A stretch of DNA of 64,000 bases from a virus. The position numbers and the translations under genes are program-made. This document shows, in pieces, positions 30,287-40,861 of this stretch. Location: positions 16,260 through 80,259 of the IMG/VR virus record IMGVR_UViG_3300038760_000071, one strand, 5' to 3'. Numbering within the stretch: position 1 is the stretch's first letter; each line of letters starts with the position of its first letter. The notes under the pieces were generated by a model. The model saw only the letters and a program-made list of their open reading frames with translations, searched no databases and had not been told where the DNA came from.

Positions 30287-31195
30287 TTAATCAACCAACG
30301 TATTTAAAATTGTAGCTGCATCATGTATTTCTGCAGATGTACTATACATACATTCATGAGGTAAGCCATTAAAGCTGTAATCATACAAATATGAATCAAC
30401 TGTACCTTCCGGATATTGCTTAGTTGGTACAATATTTGTATGAATATCATACCCAAACACAGCTGGCTGTGTTGCAACCCATGCAACAGTTGAAGGTAAG
30501 TTGAGCGCTGCAGCTGCATGTTGGAGTGAGGAATCGATTAATAATCTCTTGGTCGAAAACAATAATAAGCTGATTAAAATTTTCTTTGGTATAAGCTTAT
30601 CAACTCGCTGTACATGTTGCAGCTGAGGGTGAGCATCATGACATATATGTACTATATGATAATCTTTATGCAATTCATTTACAACCTGCTGAATAACAGT
30701 CGGGTGAATATCTCTCATCCAAGAATATGCATATTGTTGGCTACTCGCGGATGGTGCCGGGCCTCCGAATGGTTGTATAATAAGTATTGGTTTTCCAGCT
30801 GGGTTATTAATAAGCTTTAAAGCATCTTCTTGTTCTCTAAAATTGCATGTAATATCGGTAGTAGCTTCTTCACTCGATACATTAACTAAATTACACCATG
30901 TATTAATTAAATGATCATGCTTACATATATGTGATGTTTCTTTATACGGCTCATGCGCAAATATTTTAATATCTTTATTATAAATATAATCTTTATAAAA
31001 GTGAGGTACATTACCAATTTTAAATATTTTATAAACATCAGGGTTATTTAAGAAAATCTCTGGCCAAGCGCATACAATAATTATATCTCTGTCTTTATTC
31101 TCATGCTTGTAAGCTTTAACTACAGCTGTAGACATTATATGCTTACCGACGCCACCCTCTATATGAAATAGAGTGTATTTTTTATTTTCCATCAT
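30287..31195 (-). CDS. Glycosyltransferase, GT9/heptosyltransferase-like
   Basis: GGVGKHIM, IFLNNPDV and IDSSLQHAAAALNLPS motifs. Confidence 0.75.
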   Translation of the reverse strand: MMENKKYTLFHIEGGVGKHIMSTAVVKAYKHENKDRDIIIVCAWPEIFLNNPDVYKIFKIGNVPHFYKDYIYNKDIKIFAHEPYKETSHICKHDHLINTWCNLVNVSSEEATTDITCNFREQEDALKLINNPAGKPILIIQPFGGPAPSASSQQYAYSWMRDIHPTVIQQVVNELHKDYHIVHICHDAHPQLQHVQRVDKLIPKKILISLLLFSTKRLLIDSSLQHAAAALNLPSTVAWVATQPAVFGYDIHTNIVPTKQYPEGTVDSYLYDYSFNGLPHECMYSTSAEIHDAATILNTLVD

Positions 31196-31226
31196 ATATA
31201 TATATGATTAAATAATATATGGCAAC

Positions 31227-32531
31227 TTAGAGTGAAATTTTTAATGTGCCACCATCATTCCAAACAACTCCTTGTACACCTGGATCCGCCGTCGAGAGTG
31301 CTGCAGCACTTAACCACAATTTATTTGTATGTAACATGTCAGAGTCTGCTGAAGTAATTGTATTACCTATAATAAACGCGCAAGTATGCCATGGATTCAC
31401 AAGGTTATTGCTCCCCGTAACATAAGCTCCAATACCCTGAGCAACGTTGCTACACCCGCCTCCTATAGTAGAATGACTGCCAGTGATTATATTGTTCTCA
31501 CCACCACCAATAAAAGAATAGCACCCACTGGCAATGTTATTATATCCCCCTACTATAGTACTATAAGTATTTGGTGCGTTATTACTAGCTCCTCCACCTA
31601 CATAAGAAAACATCCCGGCAGCGCAATTGCACTCACCACCACCAACTGAACTCTGATCAGCACTCGCCACGTTACAATAGCCCCCAGCGACTGTTGAGTA
31701 ATTCCCATGTGATTGGTTCTTATAGCCTCCACCAATAGACGAATAATAATCCGTAGAGCAGTTTTGATGTCCACCTGCTACAGTAGATCTAAAGCAGGAA
31801 GATACATTATTGTATCCACCACCAACGACGGCACATGCGCCTGTAGCTTGATTAGTACTACCACCACCTACAAATGACTGCTCCCCGCTAGACGTATTGT
31901 TCAATCCACCTGCAATTGTACTGTGCGCACTTAGAGCGGTATTGCAATGACCACCTACAATACTACTAAACTCACCGGCAGCTCTATTATCACAACCCCC
32001 TCCAATAAATACATGCGCATTACAACTGTCATTACAAGTACCTCCTAATATACCCGAAAAATTACCACATTGTATACAATTATCACACCCACCCCCAATA
32101 ATTGAGCAACCACCGGTAAGGTCATTATTATAACCACCACCAACAAATGATGCGTTACCGTTTATATCATTATAATAACCTGCGATTACAGATGAATAAG
32201 TACCAGCATTGGAATTTGAATACCCTCCCTGTATACACGTTACTTGAAGTTCACCTTGAATGGTCTGCAACCCGGTAAATGTATTTGAAACATTTGTTGA
32301 AGCATAGGTTGCAGACCCAGCTGCAAAATTAGTATATGTATTCTCCCAATTACCTGATAAAGCTTCAAGCTCAGACGCTAAAACAAATGAACAACTACCG
32401 CTTGATAAAAAACTTGTGATTGAATTTAATGGAGCTCGTTTGGTTACACCTGATTGAACTACAGCAACTTGCTCACTACCTACAAGAGGTGATGTATACT
32501 GTGGTAAATCAGATATTTTAACTGTGGCCAT
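31227..32531 (-). CDS. Tail fibre/spike-like protein with Gly/Cys-rich 15-aa repeats
   Basis: Start reassigned to MATVKISDLP (32531, after TAAATA); many S-x-[VI]-GGG-xx-N repeats. Confidence 0.65.
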   Translation of the reverse strand: MATVKISDLPQYTSPLVGSEQVAVVQSGVTKRAPLNSITSFLSSGSCSFVLASELEALSGNWENTYTNFAAGSATYASTNVSNTFTGLQTIQGELQVTCIQGGYSNSNAGTYSSVIAGYYNDINGNASFVGGGYNNDLTGGCSIIGGGCDNCIQCGNFSGILGGTCNDSCNAHVFIGGGCDNRAAGEFSSIVGGHCNTALSAHSTIAGGLNNTSSGEQSFVGGGSTNQATGACAVVGGGYNNVSSCFRSTVAGGHQNCSTDYYSSIGGGYKNQSHGNYSTVAGGYCNVASADQSSVGGGECNCAAGMFSYVGGGASNNAPNTYSTIVGGYNNIASGCYSFIGGGENNIITGSHSTIGGGCSNVAQGIGAYVTGSNNLVNPWHTCAFIIGNTITSADSDMLHTNKLWLSAAALSTADPGVQGVVWNDGGTLKISL

Positions 32532-32578
32532 ATAAATATTTAGTTGCAATGTTGCAATTTTTGTATATAATATAATGT

Positions 32579-33295
32579 ATGTTAAAAGAAACAGATGTCC
32601 ATTTTGATGAAGCCTCTCATACCTACACGCACAAGACAGTAGGTAAGTTAACATCGGCAACAACGGTGTTAGGAAAATTTAAAAAACCATTTGATAGATA
32701 TTACCATGCTAGTAGAATTGCACAGAGAGAATGTGTTGCAGTTGAGTATGTTTTAGAGACATGGGAACATGAAAAGAATAAAGCTTGTGATCGGGGCACA
32801 CATATACATAAGCTACTTGAGGATTATATACGCTCCGGTGAAACAGAAGATCATTATAATTGGTTATATAAAGCATATAACAACGTTGTAGAGAGCTCTA
32901 TTGGTTCAATTGATAAAGTGTTATGTGAGAATATCGTACATAGTACTGAATTTAAGGTTGCAGGTATGGCAGATTTGATCTATAATATTAAAGGTGATAA
33001 GTTTATTGTCGGTGATTTCAAGACAAATAAAAAGTTTAATTTTAACTCACTATATGGTGAACACTTATTAGCCCCTGTAGATCATTTACAGAATTGTGAA
33101 TTTAATATTTATGGTCTACAGTTATCTTTATATGCATACATGTATGAAAAAATGACCGGGAAGAGATGCTCCAAATGTGTTATATTTTATCTTAAGGATA
33201 ATAATTTTATACCATACCATGTTAATTATATGAAAGCCGAAGTTGAATTGTTACTATCTAAATTTAACCAGCAGTATAATAACTCAGTAGCTTAA
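32579..33295 (+). CDS. PD-(D/E)XK exonuclease (Cas4/RecB-like)
   Basis: RGTHIH, AGMADL, GDFKT and QLSLYA motifs. Confidence 0.85.
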   Translation: MLKETDVHFDEASHTYTHKTVGKLTSATTVLGKFKKPFDRYYHASRIAQRECVAVEYVLETWEHEKNKACDRGTHIHKLLEDYIRSGETEDHYNWLYKAYNNVVESSIGSIDKVLCENIVHSTEFKVAGMADLIYNIKGDKFIVGDFKTNKKFNFNSLYGEHLLAPVDHLQNCEFNIYGLQLSLYAYMYEKMTGKRCSKCVIFYLKDNNFIPYHVNYMKAEVELLLSKFNQQYNNSVA

Positions 33296-33304
33296 GTAAA
33301 TCAA

Positions 33305-33508
33305 ATGAAAATACTTAACAAATATAATGATTCAATTGAAAACCTATACACTGCCTTAGACAAAGTTAGAGATGTACTAGACGGATTAGAGGATGAAGAG
33401 CTAGACTCTCTAACTGATAGGTTTATTGAACAGGTTGAAGATTGTATCAATGACGGTGAGGTAACATGTCATGAGCTCAAGGATTTTTTAGAAAATTATG
33501 AAGCATAA
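33305..33508 (+). CDS. Small acidic hypothetical protein
   Basis: 67-aa ORF in an operon-like run. Confidence 0.55.
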   Translation: MKILNKYNDSIENLYTALDKVRDVLDGLEDEELDSLTDRFIEQVEDCINDGEVTCHELKDFLENYEA

Positions 33509-34343
33509 CGTACTAATATTAGGAGGCGGGTATATTGGCACCCATTTATATAAAGTGTTAAATGTATCTAATACTGTTACAATATTAACTAAAAAGGATA
33601 TAAATTATAATAATAATTACTTCTTTAAAAAATACCTATCTAATAATAGTTATGACTATGTTATCAACTGTAGTGGATTTTGTGGTAAACCAAATGTAGA
33701 TCAGGCTGAGGTTGAGAAGGAGAAGTGTTGGGAGCTTAATGTAACGGGACCAACATCCGTTAATAGTATATGTCGTGAACTAAGCATACCGTATATCCAT
33801 GTATCCTCAGGATGTATATACACGGGGTATGATAAGCTGTGGACAGAGAAAGACGCACCCAACTTTGGTGTTTTTAATAATATATCTTCGTTTTACTCTA
33901 AATCTAAGCACGCATATGAGCTATCAAATAGTGATTATGGGCTAACTATTCGAATCCGGATGCCGTTTGATAATGATGTTACATGTAACAGATCTATTTT
34001 ATATAAGCTACTAAAATATAATAATATTATTGATTTTAGAAACTCAAAAACATATATACCTGATCTTTGTAGTTTCATTCAATCCTATATACTCCAAAAA
34101 AATAATAATACTGATATAATTAATTTTGTTAATCCGGATGCATTGTTTACTACAGAGGTGGTTGATTTACTAACTGAAGCCGGTAAGATTAATTATAAGT
34201 GGAAATATGTTAGTATGAGTGATCTAGATATTACAGCAGATAGGTCAAATTGTGTATTATCAACTACGAAATTAAAAGAGACATATAATTACACCCCGCT
34301 AACTGAAACAGCAGCTATTAGAAAATCTTTAAATTTACACTAA
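33498..34343 (+). CDS. NAD-dependent sugar epimerase/reductase (RmlD-like)
   Basis: GGGYIG, GKPNVDQAE, SSGCIY and YSKSK SDR motifs. Confidence 0.85.
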   Translation: MKHNVLILGGGYIGTHLYKVLNVSNTVTILTKKDINYNNNYFFKKYLSNNSYDYVINCSGFCGKPNVDQAEVEKEKCWELNVTGPTSVNSICRELSIPYIHVSSGCIYTGYDKLWTEKDAPNFGVFNNISSFYSKSKHAYELSNSDYGLTIRIRMPFDNDVTCNRSILYKLLKYNNIIDFRNSKTYIPDLCSFIQSYILQKNNNTDIINFVNPDALFTTEVVDLLTEAGKINYKWKYVSMSDLDITADRSNCVLSTTKLKETYNYTPLTETAAIRKSLNLH

Positions 34344-34391
34344 AACTAACAAAGTGCTGGCAATCAACAAAAAGTTAATTATATTAATATA

Positions 34392-34928
34392 ATGTATGAC
34401 CATGACCACAGTCTATATTACAGGCAACTTAAAGAGAAGGATCCAGACAAAACTATAGTTGCGTTCACGGGTGGAAACTTTGATTACATTCACTATGGCT
34501 ATGTTGTGACCTTCGAAGAAGCAAAGAGACATTGTGATAAGTTCATTGTTTTCTTGCAGAAAGACCCATCATCAACAAGATATACTAAGTATAAGCCTAT
34601 TGTACCATATTATGAGAGGTACAAAACATTAATGTCAATTAAGCATATTGATGAAGTATATATGTATCAAACTGAGAGTGAGCTGTATGATTTAATTAAA
34701 TTGTTTAAACCTGATATTAGAATACTCGGCGAAGATTATCTCGGTAAATCATTTACTGGAGATGATTTGCCACCTAAAGTAATTTATACCACTAGATCTC
34801 ATGAATGGTCTACAACAAAAATTAAAAATAGGATTGCTGCTATGACGTATGCACAAAATCCAGATATGTTTAAAGGTATAAATATTGATCAAATTAAAAA
34901 TAATAACTTCTCGAGTATAGAACAATAG
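34392..34928 (+). CDS. Cytidylyltransferase (TagD-like)
   Basis: GNFDYIHYGY (HxGH-like), LGEDY and RSHEWSTTKIK motifs. Confidence 0.85.
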   Translation: MYDHDHSLYYRQLKEKDPDKTIVAFTGGNFDYIHYGYVVTFEEAKRHCDKFIVFLQKDPSSTRYTKYKPIVPYYERYKTLMSIKHIDEVYMYQTESELYDLIKLFKPDIRILGEDYLGKSFTGDDLPPKVIYTTRSHEWSTTKIKNRIAAMTYAQNPDMFKGINIDQIKNNNFSSIEQ

Positions 34929-34931
34929 AGT

Positions 34932-35900
34932 ATGAAAAGATATCTAGTAACAGGTGGCTGCGGTTTCATTGGCTCATACGTGGTGGAAAAATTATTAAAA
35001 GATGAAAATAATTTTATCACCGTTATCGATAAAATGGGTATAGGTTCATCACCAGATAATATTATAAATGGGCATCCAAGAGTAAATTATATCTTTAGAG
35101 ATATTGCAACTGGGGATATTGCAGCTGCAATACCATCAGGCAAGATGGATTATGTGATACATCTAGCAGCAGAGTCACATGTTGATCGATCAATTGAAGA
35201 GTCCTCACCGTTTGTGCAAAGTAACGTAGCCGGTACAGTTAATATATTGAATTATGTTAAAGACGTTGGTTCTAGAATGGTTCATGTTTCTACTGACGAG
35301 GTGTATGGTCATCTAAATCTTACTTCACCACCTTTTAGAGAGAGTGACTCCCTCCAGCCAAGATCACCATATGCAGCATCTAAAGCATCCTCTGATTTGT
35401 TTGTTCAATCATACTTTAAAACATATAATATTGATGTATCCATTACAAGGTGTTGTAATAATTATGGTCCACGACAGCATCATGAGAAGCTGATACCTAC
35501 TATTATTAGATCAATTATATCTGGTAAAAAGGTTCCTATATATGGGAATGGTATGAATATACGAGAATGGATCCATGCAAAAGATCATGCTGCAGCAATA
35601 ATAGAGGTACTATATATGAATGCTCCTGGCACAGTTTTTAATATACCAGGATCAAAACACCTAACCAATATTGATATTACTAAAAAAATTATTGAAATAG
35701 TAGAGAAACAATTACCGTCTATAAAGAGAGACGGGGACGATTATATTGAATTTGTAGTAGATAGGCTCGGGCATGATTTTAGATATGCAGTCGCGACACA
35801 ATATAATCTACAAGCAGTTGAATATCAGCAAGAGTTTTGTCTTGAAGATACGGTTGCACATTATCTTAAAAAATATAGTGAATTAAAACAAATACTTTAA
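34932..35900 (+). CDS. rmlB: dTDP-glucose 4,6-dehydratase
   Basis: GGCGFIGS, AAESHVDRS, STDEVYG, YAASK and DRLGHDFRY motifs. Confidence 0.92.
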   Translation: MKRYLVTGGCGFIGSYVVEKLLKDENNFITVIDKMGIGSSPDNIINGHPRVNYIFRDIATGDIAAAIPSGKMDYVIHLAAESHVDRSIEESSPFVQSNVAGTVNILNYVKDVGSRMVHVSTDEVYGHLNLTSPPFRESDSLQPRSPYAASKASSDLFVQSYFKTYNIDVSITRCCNNYGPRQHHEKLIPTIIRSIISGKKVPIYGNGMNIREWIHAKDHAAAIIEVLYMNAPGTVFNIPGSKHLTNIDITKKIIEIVEKQLPSIKRDGDDYIEFVVDRLGHDFRYAVATQYNLQAVEYQQEFCLEDTVAHYLKKYSELKQIL

Positions 35901-36377
35901 GATAAGATCGTCATCAGTTGGCGGGCTATCGCTATCATCTACCTCATCATCACCAACCTCTTGGTCATCTTGATACTCCTCGTAATATGAGTATATATCA
36001 TTCTCACTCCCCTCATCAAATATAGTCGTCGTGTCATCTGATGAGGGTTGATGCACTACATATTTGTCCTTAATGTCTGCAACTATAATTTTCTTAAGGA
36101 GTTTAGATTCGGTATTTTTTTTAGCTCTTGCAAGAAAATCCTTTACCTCGTTACTAGTAAATTTACCTTTAAGCTCAACAACAGGGTCCGTATAAGTTCC
36201 CCAAATATGAGTCGTTATATACTTTTTAGTAAGTGTGGCACAATCTCTAATAACAAAGTATGCCGCTTTCTTTTTAATTTCTACACCAATGTCTGGCTTT
36301 TCACTAGCCCTACACGCGGGGCTATATATTTTAGCAATAGGGTCTGAGCTATTTTCTAGAATTACCTCTTCGAACAT
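35883..36377 (-). CDS. Hypothetical protein with acidic tail
   Basis: 164-aa ORF; TAAATA upstream. Confidence 0.6.
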   Translation of the reverse strand: MFEEVILENSSDPIAKIYSPACRASEKPDIGVEIKKKAAYFVIRDCATLTKKYITTHIWGTYTDPVVELKGKFTSNEVKDFLARAKKNTESKLLKKIIVADIKDKYVVHQPSSDDTTTIFDEGSENDIYSYYEEYQDDQEVGDDEVDDSDSPPTDDDLILKYLF

Positions 36378-36484
36378 GAGTATATTTAGTGTCTAAGGAA
36401 AGGAACTCTGATATAATAGGTAATAGGTGTTGAACTAGCGTGTATGCCCCTTAAACTACGATAAGGAACTCTTATATAATTAAC

Positions 36485-36670
36485 ATGAAGAAAAAATTTC
36501 CACGGAAACCGTTTGAGTATGGGAAGTATCTAGTTGAGTATAGCGAGGATACTGAGGATATTCTCAGATTTCTAAAGGAAAAGTTGGATACTATAGAGGA
36601 AGCAAGATCGGCAAGGGACAAGCTTGTCGTTGAAGGATATTACAAACCAAAAATTAAAAAAGTCGGATGA
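36485..36670 (+). CDS. Hypothetical early protein
   Basis: Starts at a junction motif. Confidence 0.6.
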   Translation: MKKKFPRKPFEYGKYLVEYSEDTEDILRFLKEKLDTIEEARSARDKLVVEGYYKPKIKKVG

Positions 36671-37152
36671 TTATACTAACACCATCACTAGCAATTCAGA
36701 AAGTAACAGGCATTGATTTCGATACTCTAAGTAATATAATTACTTTAGTACTGGAGAAAAATTTCGATAGAGCATTTTACTATCGTGTGAATATTCACAA
36801 ATCACGTGACGTAGAACTCTCATCTGTAATTTTACATATTAATCAGCATTACCAGAGAGATTTTAAGATGTTACTATCACCTTATGATCATTTAAAGTAT
36901 AATGAGAATCTGAAGCATAACATTGGTACAATTCTCCATGAGATTAGACATATCATACAGCACACCCTCTTCCGGTACAAGGTAACTGCAACATTTGAGA
37001 CAAACGCGGAATACCACAATTCTACAGAGGAGGTTGATGCTAGAAATTTTGAAAAGCTTACAACTGTTATAACGAATTCATATAAACTCCTAGCGGAGAA
37101 TGCGCGACAAATATTCGAGAAAAACAACTTAGGAACTCTGATACAATTATAG
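36667..37152 (+). CDS. Putative zinc metallopeptidase
   Basis: ILHEIRHIIQ (HExxH) and EEVDAR motifs. Confidence 0.65.
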   Translation: MIILTPSLAIQKVTGIDFDTLSNIITLVLEKNFDRAFYYRVNIHKSRDVELSSVILHINQHYQRDFKMLLSPYDHLKYNENLKHNIGTILHEIRHIIQHTLFRYKVTATFETNAEYHNSTEEVDARNFEKLTTVITNSYKLLAENARQIFEKNNLGTLIQL

Positions 37153-37202
37153 AGTAGATTAGATAAACATAAACAATACAACTATAAACACAAATATATA
37201 TC

Positions 37203-38030
37203 ATGGGATTTTTTAACCAAATTACATCATTAGACGATATTCCGCAATTCAATGTCAAGAAGGTCAGCTTGTTCGATTCTATGCAAAGAAAAATTCCTGA
37301 CACTTACTCCTTGCAGAGAACAGATGATCACACACATCTAGGAATCGTTAAGGATAAGTACGTGCCTATTCAGCTTGAAGAGATGGTTGACATTATCGGT
37401 CGCGCTTCAGATAAAGTAGGGGATATCAACCACATCGGTTACACTGTTTCACGAGGTGGTAGGAAAGTGTTAATTCAGTCTGAGTTGAAGGAAACCATTA
37501 ACGTTGATGATGATTTGATCAAACCACTCTTTTATACTGTTATTGATAATACCGGGGGTGGTGCAAACAAGACAATCCCATCAACTATTCGTATTGCTTG
37601 TGATAACGCGTTTCATCTAATCAAGCAGAGTGGGGATAATAGTAATAGAGCTTTTCACAACCATTTATTCACCGGGCGAGTTGATCTAATGGCAGATAAT
37701 ATCATTAGTTCAATTAAAACCGCGAGAAATTTTACTTCTATTATAGAAAATTTAAAGGGAGTTAAGTTCTCACGTGATGAGATGGTTAAACTCACACAAC
37801 GATTGATACCAGTCCAGGAAAATGAATCAGTAAAACGAATGCACAAACGTGAGAAACTAGTTTCTCTATACGAGAGTGGTCGTGGAAATGTTGGTGAAAC
37901 AAAGTGGGATGCATTGAATGCAATCACGGAATTTGAAACTCATACAGGTAGGAAATCTCCTGAAAAGCTCATTCGGAATTTAACTATGCCAACTCTTTCG
38001 AAAACCGGTATTGGTATGCTATTGGCATAG
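37203..38030 (+). CDS. DUF932/DUF945-family phage protein
   Basis: LGIV..KYVPIQ, IRIACDNA and TKWDALNAITEFETH motifs. Confidence 0.8.
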   Translation: MGFFNQITSLDDIPQFNVKKVSLFDSMQRKIPDTYSLQRTDDHTHLGIVKDKYVPIQLEEMVDIIGRASDKVGDINHIGYTVSRGGRKVLIQSELKETINVDDDLIKPLFYTVIDNTGGGANKTIPSTIRIACDNAFHLIKQSGDNSNRAFHNHLFTGRVDLMADNIISSIKTARNFTSIIENLKGVKFSRDEMVKLTQRLIPVQENESVKRMHKREKLVSLYESGRGNVGETKWDALNAITEFETHTGRKSPEKLIRNLTMPTLSKTGIGMLLA

Positions 38031-38268
38031 AATGAATAAACATAGAATGTTATTAGCCGACCCAGAAATTCCAGGAGAGGGAGCATGTATAGATATAACA
38101 TGGTATTCAAAAAAACGTGATATAGTAGTTGAAAAAATAGATATATATTTTATAATTAATTATATATTCGGTAATAGTGTAATTGATAATATAGATAATG
38201 TAAGTTACACAATGTTTCTGAATGCAGCACTTAACGAACTTGAAGAAAATAAAAATAAATTAACTTAA
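38011..38268 (+). CDS. Hypothetical protein
   Basis: ORF in a co-directional run. Confidence 0.4.
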   Translation: MVCYWHRMNKHRMLLADPEIPGEGACIDITWYSKKRDIVVEKIDIYFIINYIFGNSVIDNIDNVSYTMFLNAALNELEENKNKLT

Positions 38269-38466
38269 ATAAAAATAATGTACACAGGAAAAATTGGCGA
38301 TCTAGAATTCATTCTAGAAAAAGATAATAAATGTAGAATTTGTGTCTATAATAAAGGTAGTGTTGATCCAATAGCATATATCGAGGTTAGCTCAGCTATC
38401 ACTGAAAAATCTTTTCATTATGAGATTATGGATTTTGTAGCGAAACATACTAGCTGATACCCGGGT

Positions 38467-39549
38467 ATGAAAATAGTAACTTGGATATCTAACAAAATTA
38501 GGAAGGCTGCCCGCTGGCTCCATGGATTCTTTACGAGCCTGTATATCACACCGGTACTCCAGGGATTCTTTACGAGCCTGTATATCACACCAGTCCTAGG
38601 ATCAGGTTCTGGATATCATACGAGTTCTCGGTATAATGATATTAAATTAATTCGTCATAACAATATTATTGGCAACGGCATGCACCGTACAGGTTGGCCT
38701 TGGGTACATGATAATCTCAAAACAATACACTCGAGTGAAGGTATTTTGTTTGACGATTTCTTTGAGCAGAATTTTTGCTATAAAGATAAACCAGACACAT
38801 ATACCGAGCCATGGTCCACAATTATTCATCACCCAGCAAATATACCGTCGTTCGGGAACCATAGAGAGCGTCTCGACATCGCGTTTGAATCTAAGGCCTT
38901 TAAAGATAGTGAACCATATTTAAAACTCGTCTTCGCGCTGTCTGACAGTCTTGCAGATTGGCTTAGAACTAAACTATCTTGTAAGGTCATATCCTTAAAA
39001 CATCCACAATTTTTAGATGTTAAGTCTACCTGGTTACCGGGTGAGGACAAGGAGGTATACCAGCTAGGATTTTATTTGAGAAACACAGCTTTATGTGATC
39101 AGATAAAACTCCCGGATGGGGTTACAGTTAAAAAGTTATGGAATAGTCTACCATGGCTGGAACCATACCATAATAAGGTCCAATCATATTGGGAAGCGAA
39201 GGGTAGAAAAACGCGACGTAATACAGAGTGTGTAAGTTTTGCAACACCGTCCAAGTATGATCAGATATTAAACACAAAAATTATTATTGCTGAATATTTT
39301 GAGGCGTCGGCATCAAATGTGGTGCTGGAATGTATATCTCATCACACCCCCCTTATTGTAAACAGGCTACCAGCATTTGAGCAGTATCTAGGAAAGGAAT
39401 ACCCACTATTTTACGATAACATTAATGAAATCCCGAGACTAATTGAACAAGCAGCTGAAGGCCACTTTTATCTAAAAACACTATCAACACGAGATCTGCA
39501 GATAGATTATTTTCTAAATAAGATTAAAGAAGAAATTTACAATATTTAA
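38467..39549 (+). CDS. Glycosyltransferase-like protein
   Basis: HRTGW, SASNVVLECI...TPLIVNRLPA..YLGKEYPLFY GT-B-like C-terminus; next to the sulfotransferase. Confidence 0.55.
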   Translation: MKIVTWISNKIRKAARWLHGFFTSLYITPVLQGFFTSLYITPVLGSGSGYHTSSRYNDIKLIRHNNIIGNGMHRTGWPWVHDNLKTIHSSEGILFDDFFEQNFCYKDKPDTYTEPWSTIIHHPANIPSFGNHRERLDIAFESKAFKDSEPYLKLVFALSDSLADWLRTKLSCKVISLKHPQFLDVKSTWLPGEDKEVYQLGFYLRNTALCDQIKLPDGVTVKKLWNSLPWLEPYHNKVQSYWEAKGRKTRRNTECVSFATPSKYDQILNTKIIIAEYFEASASNVVLECISHHTPLIVNRLPAFEQYLGKEYPLFYDNINEIPRLIEQAAEGHFYLKTLSTRDLQIDYFLNKIKEEIYNI

Positions 39550-39558
39550 TAAACTACT

Positions 39559-40227
39559 ATGAAATCTAAATATGCTATAGTGTGTGGAAGTAGATCAGGT
39601 TCTTCATATTTATGTGACCTGTTAAAATCAACAAACAGAGCTGGTGATCCAAAAGAATACTTTAACACTGATATAACCTTTGATCATTTAAGAAACGGCA
39701 AAGGTTATATCGATAGCATTGTTAATGGTACTAAAACAGAGAATGATGTTTTTGGAGTTAAGATCGTTGGTAAAAAACAATTGGCAGCATACGCAGAAAG
39801 CTCGTTAGATATTACCCACTGTGTTCTTTTAACACGACACGATACTATTGATCAAGCGATTTCCCGATATAAAGCGTGGAAGACAAATATCTGGCATTTT
39901 AAGGATGGTATGACATCCATTCCAAATATTGAATACTCTTATGGAGATATCAAATGGTGTTTAGATGAGGTTATTGACGAGAATAAATTTTACAAAACTT
40001 TATTAAAGGGCACAAATTACCTAGAAATTGTATATGAAGATGATTTATTAGAAAATCCCTCTCAAACAATTGTTTGTATTTTAGAACACCTAGGAATCTC
40101 TATAGAGGAACTTCCTGAACTAGTGTCAACTCAAATTATTTTTCGAAATGAGCAATCTAAACAGTGGAAGACAAAATTCATTCAAGAACTAAAATATAAA
40201 AAAACAGCTATAGATAATTATAGGTAG
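39559..40227 (+). CDS. Stf0-family sulfotransferase
   Basis: SRSGSSYLCDLL (PAPS loop), PKEYF, R...QAISRYKA and YEDDL motifs. Confidence 0.85.
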   Translation: MKSKYAIVCGSRSGSSYLCDLLKSTNRAGDPKEYFNTDITFDHLRNGKGYIDSIVNGTKTENDVFGVKIVGKKQLAAYAESSLDITHCVLLTRHDTIDQAISRYKAWKTNIWHFKDGMTSIPNIEYSYGDIKWCLDEVIDENKFYKTLLKGTNYLEIVYEDDLLENPSQTIVCILEHLGISIEELPELVSTQIIFRNEQSKQWKTKFIQELKYKKTAIDNYR

Positions 40228-40243
40228 ATAATAAATAGACTAC

Positions 40244-40579
40244 ATGAGTGAAGAATATCAACAACGACGAGCGTATGTTTCTAAAATTAAAAACAATAAA
40301 GCTCGAACATCAGCATCTAAAGAATACTTTCAATTGATCGTCGAAGATGGTGAGGCATATTTTTTCACCACAGTAGATTTTGACAGAGCTAAGAAGCGAG
40401 CAAATAAAAATTTAGAAGATATTATCGCGGTTGATTTTAATACTCAGAAACCAACTATTATTGAGAAGATTGTTAGAGTGACAGTAGCTGAAAAAAGTGT
40501 TGAGGTTGAGAAAGCTGTGAAGGCACGCCGGGATCGGAGAAGATTAACTCTACAGAAATCTTATAAATTAATTAAATAA
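40244..40579 (+). CDS. Hypothetical protein
   Basis: 111-aa ORF after TAAATA. Confidence 0.55.
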   Translation: MSEEYQQRRAYVSKIKNNKARTSASKEYFQLIVEDGEAYFFTTVDFDRAKKRANKNLEDIIAVDFNTQKPTIIEKIVRVTVAEKSVEVEKAVKARRDRRRLTLQKSYKLIK

Positions 40580-40586
40580 CTTTAAC

Positions 40587-40661
40587 GCGGGTGTAGCTCA
40601 GTGGTAGAGCCTCACGTTGCCAACGTGACTGTCATCGGTTCAAATCCGGTCACCCGCTCCA
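40587..40661 (+). tRNA. tRNA-Gly(GCC)
   Basis: GCGGGTG acceptor stem, TTGCCAA anticodon loop, GGTTCAAATCC T-arm, encoded CCA. Confidence 0.92.
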
Positions 40662-40861
40662 TTTAAAATGATATTAAAATATTTAAGAATTGGTTATATT
40701 AAATGTAGTATTAAAATTTTTATACTTAAATTAAGAATTAAGCTTAAATTCAGTCAACTAACAACATATCAAAAAAAACTAATTAAAGACTGTATAACTC
40801 AATATAACAACCTTTTTTAGTTGTAATCTAATTAATTGATGTTATATTATAAATATAACAT

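Noticed and set aside
32532-32663. N-terminal extension of the fibre ORF given in the track
   Set aside because: It overlaps the divergent exonuclease gene, and a TAAATA box sits directly before the ATG at 32531
32579-33295. Exonuclease as a CRISPR Cas4
   Set aside because: No Fe-S cysteine pattern or cas context; a common stand-alone phage PD-(D/E)XK nuclease
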